Shown: positions 59,301 through 64,000 of the stretch, one piece after another
Layout: each line of letters opens with the position of its first letter
How positions within the stretch are numbered: the first letter of the stretch is position 1
Source: an uncultured delta proteobacterium
GTDB taxonomy: Bacteria; Myxococcota_A; Polyangia; Polyangiales; Polyangiaceae
Length of the DNA stretch: 64,000 bases
Direction: 5' to 3'
Assembly (NCBI GenBank): GCA_963850305.1
Contig: CAWKKR010000001.1
Coordinates: 800,001 to 864,000, forward strand
Position numbers and translations under genes: made by a program
The notes under the pieces: generated by a model
Database searches by the model: none
Seen by the model: only the letters and a program-made list of their open reading frames with translations
Told to the model about the DNA's origin: nothing

Positions 59301-61344
59301 CTCGGCGGCGTGCGACGGCTCGGGCTCGTGTCCCGCGAAGACGACTCAAGGCTGCTCGCCCGCGGTGTGCGGGCCGACGCAATGTGAAGGGTGCGAGACC
59401 GACGCGCAGTGCGGCACGGGCAAATTCTGTCGCGCCGGTGTCTGCTCGACCCTCACCGGCTCCGGCGGCACGTGCTCGCGCGACGCCGAGTGCTCGAGTG
59501 CGCACTGCGTGGATGGCGTCTGCTGCAACAGCGACTGCACCGGCCAGTGCGAGGCGTGCAATCTCACCGGCACGATCGGTGTATGCACGCCGGTACCCGC
59601 GGGCACGGCGCCCTCCGGCGCGCGCACGGCGTGCAACGGCACGGGCAATCAGTGCGGCGGCACCTGCGACGGCACCAACCCGCGGACGTGCGCCTACCCG
59701 GGGCCTGGCGTCTCGTGTCGCGCTCCGGATTGCCAGAACGACCGCGCCACCCTCGAGGCCTTCTGCGACGGCGCTGGCACCTGCCCCCCGATCGCCCAGC
59801 AGGACTGCCCCGCTGCCGACACCTGCGTCGGCACGCTCTGCTCGGGTCCAGGCTCTTGCACCGGCGACACCGACTGCAGCAGCACCCAGTACTGTTCCGG
59901 CGGCGTCTGCGTCCCGCAGAAGGACGTCGGCACTTCGTGCAACACCGCCGCCGAGTGCACTTCCAGCGAGTGCGTCGACGGCTATTGCTGCTCGAGCGCC
60001 TGCACCGGCCAGTGTCAGGCCTGCGACGTCAGTGGATTCGAGGGCATCTGCACTCCCGTCGGCGGCGCTCCCCACGGCTCCCGCAAGAGCTGCTCCAGCG
60101 ACGGCACCGTCTGCGCCGGTGCGTGCGACGGCTCCAATCCCACCGCCTGCGCCTACCCCGGAGCCGCCATCGGCTGCCGCGCCCCGAGCTGTGCCAACGG
60201 CGTCGCCACTCTCGGCGCTGCCTGCCAGGGCGACGGCTCGTGCGCGCCTCTCCAGCTCCAGAGCTGTGATCCGGTCGGCTGCGACACGAATAACGTCCAG
60301 TGTGCCGGCACCTGCACCATCGACTCCGATTGCCCTTCGGGCAACTACTGCTCCGCCGGCATCTGCGTCCCTGAGTCCTCCAACGGCGCCACCTGCGGCG
60401 CTGCCGCCCAGTGCGCCAGCGGCAACTGCGTCGACGGTGTCTGCTGCGATACCGCGTGCACGGGCCAGTGCGCTTCGTGCGACCGCGCCGGCGCTCCCGG
60501 CACCTGCGGCCCCGTCTCCGGTGCTCCCCGGGACGGCCGCCCCGCATGCCCCGGCTCCGGCGCTTGCGGCGGCTTCTGCGATGGCACCAACCAAAACTCC
60601 TGCTCGATGCCGAACCTCGACATCTCCTGCGGCGTCGCCTTCTGCGCCGGAGGCTTCTCCACTGCCATCCCCACCTGCAACGGCAACGGCCAGTGTCTCA
60701 TTCCCACCCCAACCAGTTGCGACCCTTACGAGTGTGACTCGTCGGGCCTCGGTTGCCTCTCCAGCTGCGTCGCCGACTCCGACTGCGCTCTCGGCCTCGT
60801 CTGCGTCGATGGCGCCTGCGCCCAGCCCTCCCCCTCTCCCGACGCCGGTAACGCCGACTCCGGCACCGATGCTTCCGTCAGTACCGGTGGTCGCTCCTCG
60901 CCCGACGCTGGACTCGGCGGCACTGGCGGCACCGGCGCCTCTCTCCGCGACGCGAGCGCCGCCGGTGCCGGGGGCCGCGCTGCCGGTGGTCAATCGGGCT
61001 CGGCCGGCAAACCCTCCGACGCCGGCTCGACCGCCGACGCCGGCTCCCCCGCCAAGCCCCGCATCCTCAACGCCCAGGACCGCGGAAGCTGCGGTTGCCG
61101 CGTCCCCGGCAGCGCCTCCACCTCCCGCTCGAACCCGGCCCCGCTCCTCGCTCTTCTCGCTCTCCTCGCTCTCCGTCGCAGGCGGTCGTCGACGACGAGT
61201 CGGGACCGGTCGAATCTTGCGGCTGAGCCCGGGCACTTTCGGGCAGGCGTCGCCTGCCGAGTCCTGACAGCAAACATTGGGCTATTCTTCCCGGCCCCCG
61301 ATGCGGACGGACGAGGAACTCATGTCGGCCTACGTCAAAGGTGA
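53323..61344 (+). CDS. Giant Cys/Thr-rich surface protein (~2650 aa): DNRLRE-like N-domain, tandem repeats, MYXO-CTERM-like tail
   Basis: ATG 53323 signal peptide; RALVHFDVSSIP..ATIT...WNEG...NGGW; extensive Cys repeats; GSCGCRVPG...LLALLALLALRRRR. True stop may be 61267 (see findings). Confidence 0.88.
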   Translation: MRKLVVAFATVLTGWLSASGARADKTLQVVANYDASMVDGSSTTITTNTNNTADGAGHNLFSGGATANGIGLARALVHFDVSSIPTTATITGVTVALQVNKRSTGATATTYQLRAPALTTWNEGTSVGATTVGATTYGTPEVAFAGATTGDATWNCARRCETVPCIVGGATCPGGAWLGGGASGTGTLNATQQSATEEAGATGTLPFSLSFSSNATLVATVQSWVDGSANGGWLVEGDSAAGNNRMFTSHNASGTVNVAPTITVTYKLADNATCSSAADCEGGFCVNSFCCDSACNTPGTCQTTPPTSCCVYGSASSSTTCSDGNACTVGDHCSGSGSCTSGTSTTCTSPPTCYTGTGTCNTSTGVCSYTPASSSTSCSDGNACTVGDHCDGSGSCTSGTSTTCTSPPTCYTGTGTCNTSTGVCSYTPASSSTSCSDGNACTVGDHCDGSGSCTSGATTSCTSPPTCYTGTGTCNTSTGVCSYTPASSSTSCSDGNACTVGDHCDGSGSCTSGATTSCTSPPTCYDSPGTCNTSTGACSYTPSSSSTSCSDGNACTVGDHCSGSGSCTSGTSTTCTSPPNTQCYNTTGACNTSTGACSYTPLSSTTSCSDGNACTSGDHCDGAGNCSSGTTVTTCTSPPNTQCYNTTGACNTSTGACSYTPLSSTTSCSDGNACTSGDHCDGAGTCDSGTTVTTCTSPPNTQCYNTTGTCNTSTGICGYTPLASTTSCSDGNACTSGDHCDGAGTCDSGTTVTTCTSPPNTQCYNTTGTCNTSTGICGYTPLASTTSCSDGNACTSGDHCDGAGTCDSGTTVTTCTSPPNTQCYNTTGICNTSTGICGYTPLASTTSCSDGNACTSGDHCDGAGTCDSGTTVTTCTSPPNTQCYNTTGICNTSTGICGYTTKTDGTLCNDGKTCTLGEFCTAGTCGGGTAPDCSSFNDQCNTGVCVEPGGCQAQANTNAPCSDGSFCTSGDKCTNSGTCVGTAVDCDDGNPCTTDTCIAASGCSNVGFTGSAAGCTADSNPCTIDSCVSGVCHSPVADGTSCGAAASCSGAAGSASEIPAVSCASGVCPSQTPISCGASPCNAGGTACEGACASDTDCSSLATPPGYYCAASTCTPKGAAGNPCTLADQCQAGLTCADGVCCTGTGPAGSTCGNGDPNDCVTCNGTAPGTCTTVADATKCDDGIYCNGTDKCKTGACTVHAGNPCPGPDGTSNCANSCSESGKTCTANDPDGSGCNDGKFCTVGDSCASGVCVGGARDCSAFTDQCNTGVCNESAASCQASPISGTSCTDGNACTTGDECLSGSCTPTGTVSCATPPNACYAATGTCNTTNGTCSYTPLSSATTCSDGNACTAGDHCSGSGTCLSGTTVTSCTTPPNTQCYDTAGTCNTTTGVCAYTPKANTTSCSDGNACTAGDHCDGAGTCVAGSTVTSCTTPPNTACYAATGTCNTTTGACSYTALSSATTCSDGNACTAGNHCNGSGTCLSGTTVTSCNSPPNTQCYDAAGTCDTTTGVCAYSPLANTTTCTDGNACTVGDHCDGSGNCSSGAATVCNTPPNSCQTTPGTCNPASGSCSYPSVSNTTPCGSPAACTVTGGTASTILAVTCNNGACPVQTPISCGANPCNAMGTGCQGPCAIDTDCPPAFYCNATSQCVPTIGAGTQCTRSTECQTGLTCVDGVCCTGKGAGDTCGNGDPNDCVTCNGTTPGTCTALADAASCDDGVFCDGKDSCASGACSTHTGNPCPGPDGDSNCAESCSEGGKTCTANDPDSSPCEDGSLCTTGDTCHGGLCVSGPPPVCNDGLPCTVDSCDPAKGCIAPAGNRGTPCGVPASCATGQETIAPVCDGTSSTCPAATTQSCGLYACGGTVCLTSCAADGDSDCAQGNYCAASNQCTPKGKAGDACATGDQCLSSSCADGVCCNSDCTGQCEACNLTGTVGVCTAVIGKPVTPRAACIGDGTGCDGTCDGTDRQACTMPGKATQCRAPSCDMPSETATLSAACDGSGSCPAKTTQGCSPAVCGPTQCEGCETDAQCGTGKFCRAGVCSTLTGSGGTCSRDAECSSAHCVDGVCCNSDCTGQCEACNLTGTIGVCTPVPAGTAPSGARTACNGTGNQCGGTCDGTNPRTCAYPGPGVSCRAPDCQNDRATLEAFCDGAGTCPPIAQQDCPAADTCVGTLCSGPGSCTGDTDCSSTQYCSGGVCVPQKDVGTSCNTAAECTSSECVDGYCCSSACTGQCQACDVSGFEGICTPVGGAPHGSRKSCSSDGTVCAGACDGSNPTACAYPGAAIGCRAPSCANGVATLGAACQGDGSCAPLQLQSCDPVGCDTNNVQCAGTCTIDSDCPSGNYCSAGICVPESSNGATCGAAAQCASGNCVDGVCCDTACTGQCASCDRAGAPGTCGPVSGAPRDGRPACPGSGACGGFCDGTNQNSCSMPNLDISCGVAFCAGGFSTAIPTCNGNGQCLIPTPTSCDPYECDSSGLGCLSSCVADSDCALGLVCVDGACAQPSPSPDAGNADSGTDASVSTGGRSSPDAGLGGTGGTGASLRDASAAGAGGRAAGGQSGSAGKPSDAGSTADAGSPAKPRILNAQDRGSCGCRVPGSASTSRSNPAPLLALLALLALRRRRSSTTSRDRSNLAAEPGHFRAGVACRVLTANIGLFFPAPDADGRGTHVGLRQR
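54283..56043 (+). repeat. Intragenic tandem repeat: 4x171 bp, 1x177 bp, 5x180 bp
   Basis: CSDGNACT units start at 54283, 54454, 54625, 54796, 54967, 55144, 55324, 55504, 55684, 55864; neighbours are near-identical at DNA level. Confidence 0.93.
57184..58060 (+). repeat. Second, more diverged block of five 171-180 bp repeats
   Basis: C[ST]DGNACT units at 57184, 57355, 57535, 57715, 57895. Confidence 0.85.
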
Positions 61345-61849
61345 CGCGGCGGCGTTTCGCGTTCTCTTCAATCGTCACTCGCCCGTACTGCTGCGAGTCA
61401 TGCGACATCAGCTCCGTCGACCGGAGGATGCCCGGGATCTGGTGCAGCAAACGTTCTTGCAACTGCACCGGAGCCGCCTCGATTTTCGAGAGGGAGCGCA
61501 GCTCAAGCCCTGGCTCTTCACGATCGCAATGAATCTGAAACGCGAATACTTCCGCCGCGTCGGCCGGCGACCCGAGAGCCAGCTCGAGTTCGACGGTCAC
61601 GACGACCCTGCCGTCGGTCCGCGCGATTACGAAAGACTGGAGGCGAGTAACGCGCTGGAGTTCGCGTTGACCCGGCTCCCGGAGGATCAACGCGCCGTCA
61701 TCAGCTTGCACTGGCTCGCCGGGATCCCGCTACCCGAAGTCGCGGAACTGGTGGGTGCGAGCTTGAGCGCCGTCAAGGTGCGCGCGCACAGGGGCTATGC
61801 TGCAATGCGACATGTGCTCGGGCCTCCTCGTAACCCGGAGGACCGATGA
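61301..61849 (+). CDS. ECF RNA polymerase sigma factor
   Basis: ATG 61301; TDEELM...GDAAAFRVLF, DARDLVQQTFL, WLFTIAMN, LPEDQRAVI, AVKVRAHRG. Confidence 0.93.
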   Translation: MRTDEELMSAYVKGDAAAFRVLFNRHSPVLLRVMRHQLRRPEDARDLVQQTFLQLHRSRLDFREGAQLKPWLFTIAMNLKREYFRRVGRRPESQLEFDGHDDPAVGPRDYERLEASNALEFALTRLPEDQRAVISLHWLAGIPLPEVAELVGASLSAVKVRAHRGYAAMRHVLGPPRNPEDR

Positions 61850-62640
61850 CGCATAACCCTCCCGTGGACGACGCTGATTGCGTGGGCGTGAAGGAGGCTC
61901 TCTCGCGCGGCGAGCCCCTCTCCGCTGCCCTTCAGAAGCATTCCGCGAACTGCCCCATTTGCGGGACCGAGAGAGCGCGGGAAATGGAAGGAACAGGCGC
62001 CCTTTTCGCGACAATCCAGGAAGCCATCCAGCGCGAGCGCGGTCCCCGCGCCTGGCTCCGGAGCCTGCCGACCCGGACGCGCATGGCCGGTGTTGCGATG
62101 TGGGCGGCGCTGCTCATCACCGCGGTGGCGATTGTCACGCCGCGCGCGGCTCGCGGCCCCGTGCCGCTTTTCCGCGTCGTTCCGGTGGTCGCGGCCCTCG
62201 CGGCGCTGGCGACCGTCGCGCTCCGGATCGTGCTGCGTCCGCTGCAATCGCCGCCGCCGAGTCGCCGGGAGATCGCGACCTGTTTCGTCGCCGGCTTGCT
62301 CGCGCCTGCCGTCTTTGCGCTCCTGCCTGGCCCGGGTCCCGCCGTTACCTCGATCGCTGGCTTCAGTAGCTGCACGGCGACGACGGGCTGCTTCGTCATC
62401 GGGCTCGTTCCGGGGGCACTCGTGCTCGTCGCGTTGCGCCTTCTCGACCGCGGCGGCTACGGTTCGCGCGACGGCGCGTTCATCGCCGCGATCACCGGCG
62501 GGCTCGTGGGCAACATCGCGCTCGAGCTCCATTGCCCCATCACGACGCCCCAGCACCTGCTGCTCGGGCACGCGACGGTCGGTGTCGCACTGGTGCTCGG
62601 CTACCACGCACTGACGTTCGGCCGAGCGCGCCCGACCTGA
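61846..62640 (+). CDS. Membrane anti-sigma factor (zinc-binding HxxxCxxC; NrsF/DUF1109-like TM domain)
   Basis: ATGA-coupled to the sigma; HSANCPIC; about 6 TM; LELHCP...HLLLGH. Confidence 0.8.
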   Translation: MTHNPPVDDADCVGVKEALSRGEPLSAALQKHSANCPICGTERAREMEGTGALFATIQEAIQRERGPRAWLRSLPTRTRMAGVAMWAALLITAVAIVTPRAARGPVPLFRVVPVVAALAALATVALRIVLRPLQSPPPSRREIATCFVAGLLAPAVFALLPGPGPAVTSIAGFSSCTATTGCFVIGLVPGALVLVALRLLDRGGYGSRDGAFIAAITGGLVGNIALELHCPITTPQHLLLGHATVGVALVLGYHALTFGRARPT

Positions 62641-62659
62641 GGCGAATCGGCGCCGCGAG

Positions 62660-63484
62660 TCAGCGCGAGCGGAGCGACGTGAAGACGGTCCTCGTCGCGG
62701 TCTCCGGAGGTACGCTCGCGGCCCCGGGCCACTTCGCTTTCGGCATCGGAAAGCCAGGCCGCGCGAAAATGTACCCCTGTCCATATTCGACACCCGTGTC
62801 GGCGATGGCAGCGAGCTCGCCGACGGTCTCGATACCCTCTGCGACGACCTTCGCCTCCAGCTCGGTGCAGAGCGCGACGACGTGACGCACCAGGATCTGC
62901 TGCCTGCGACTCTTGTCGAGACCGGTAATCAGGGCGCGATCGAGCTTCACGACATGGGGTTCCAGGTCCAGGATGCGCTTCAAATTGGAGTGCCCCGCGC
63001 CGAGGTCGTCGACGGCGAGGAACACATTTCCGCGCGCGCTCACCTCGCGCAGGACGGAGCGGCAGAGATCGTAATGCGTGAACGCGGCCGACTCCGTGAT
63101 CTCCACGAACACATGGTGATCGTGCAGATAGAGCGGGTCGTCCGGACGCACGAGCCATCTCTCGGTCAGCTCGTCGGGGTGGACGTTGACGAAGAGGGGC
63201 ACACCCGCTCCGCGTTCGAACGTGACGTCGCGGATCAATCGACCGAGCCGCCCGCAGGCCTTCTCGCGCGAGGCGGCGACGAAGAGCTCGGTAGGGTTCG
63301 AGTACTCCGGCCATTTGCACCGCGTGAGCGCCTCGTACGCGAAGATCTGATGCGTGCGGAGCTCGACGATCGGCTGGAACACGACGTCGACGTCGGCGAG
63401 CGCGAGAGCTCGAACGTCCCGCGCCCCGGATGATTTCGGGTCATGACCCGACAGGGTCCAGCGCTTGGGACGGGAGCTCGTCAT
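62660..63484 (-). CDS. Stand-alone EAL-domain protein (c-di-GMP phosphodiesterase-like)
   Basis: FQPIV, YEALTR, FVNVHP, EITE, AVDDLGAGHS, VKLD, VVAEGIET, GQGYIF. Confidence 0.92.
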   Translation of the reverse strand: MTSSRPKRWTLSGHDPKSSGARDVRALALADVDVVFQPIVELRTHQIFAYEALTRCKWPEYSNPTELFVAASREKACGRLGRLIRDVTFERGAGVPLFVNVHPDELTERWLVRPDDPLYLHDHHVFVEITESAAFTHYDLCRSVLREVSARGNVFLAVDDLGAGHSNLKRILDLEPHVVKLDRALITGLDKSRRQQILVRHVVALCTELEAKVVAEGIETVGELAAIADTGVEYGQGYIFARPGFPMPKAKWPGAASVPPETATRTVFTSLRSR

Positions 63485-63606
63485 GATCGCAATCGTAGGA
63501 TCCGGGGCCCACGCCCTTCTATCACTCTAGCAATTTCTCCGCCCGAGGCGACGTTTCCTTTTCTCGACCTGAACGGCTCGGGTAGGATTCACGCGAACTT
63601 GGACGA

Positions 63607-64000
63607 ATGACTCCCGCGACAGACGAACACCCCGGGAGCTCTAACCGATCGGTTCGCGTCGCGGTCGTCGGTTCCGGGCCCGCCGGATTCTACACCACCG
63701 ACGCACTCATCAAACAGCGGGACGTTCACTTCGAAGTCGACCTGTTCGAGCGACTCGCAGCCCCGTACGGACTCGTACGTTACGGAGTCGCTCCGGATCA
63801 CCAGAAGATCAAGAGCGTGACGACGGCGTACGACAAGGTCGCACAAGATCCCAGGGTTCGCTTCCTCGGCAACGTCCACGTCGGAAAGGACGTGTCCGTC
63901 GAGGAGCTGCTGACCCACTACGACCAGGTCGTCTTCGCGGTGGGCTGTCAGACGGATCGACGGCTCGGGATCCCGGGCGAAGAGCTGCCGGGAAGCCACG
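63607..64000 (+). CDS. Ferredoxin-NADP+ reductase (FprA/adrenodoxin reductase type), 3'-truncated by window edge
   Basis: Own translation from ATG 63607: [12 protein letters not shown]...[23 protein letters not shown]...FLGNV...LGIPGE. Not in the ORF track because the stop is outside the window. Confidence 0.92.
   Translation, partial: MTPATDEHPGSSNRSVRVAVVGSGPAGFYTTDALIKQRDVHFEVDLFERLAAPYGLVRYGVAPDHQKIKSVTTAYDKVAQDPRVRFLGNVHVGKDVSVEELLTHYDQVVFAVGCQTDRRLGIPGEELPGSH

Noticed and set aside
45194..61236. Very long antisense ORFs (45194..50095, 53950..56922, 58927..61236) and other Arg/Ala-rich overlapping ORFs
   Set aside because: Shadow frames expected from high GC and repetitive codons; no recognisable motifs.

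Overview
Very GC-rich window with the hallmarks of a Polyangiaceae-like myxobacterium (inference from MYXO-CTERM-type tails, a TPR-PEGA/Ser-Thr kinase module and many Cys-rich lipoproteins). It holds about 53 genes and no rRNA, tRNA, transposase or true CRISPR that I can support. The main result is a ~14 kb molybdenum island (30.4-44.6 kb). modABC converges on a six-gene operon: XRE-HTH + molybdate-type PBP regulator, PBP-like lipoprotein, anion-porin-like barrel, lipoprotein, TonB-dependent receptor, lipoprotein. Divergently transcribed from that operon is a methyltransferase-mosB-mosA (molybdenum storage protein) cassette. The divergent promoter region carries a 16-bp AT-rich palindrome. A ~75-bp triple-hairpin repeat with compensatory substitutions and GNA triloops occurs at four loci: it brackets the mos cassette in inverted orientation and sits in-frame inside at least one CDS. 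Other blocks are a RegBA/YtkA/CxC-barrel/DUF420 putative copper-oxidase assembly cluster, lipid-metabolism operons, and two giant Cys-rich MYXO-CTERM surface proteins, one with sharp synonymous G/C skew domains. Several genes carry +1 frameshifts, most at AGATC sites; these look like methylation-linked long-read errors rather than pseudogenes. All family assignments come from motif recognition by eye, not database searches.
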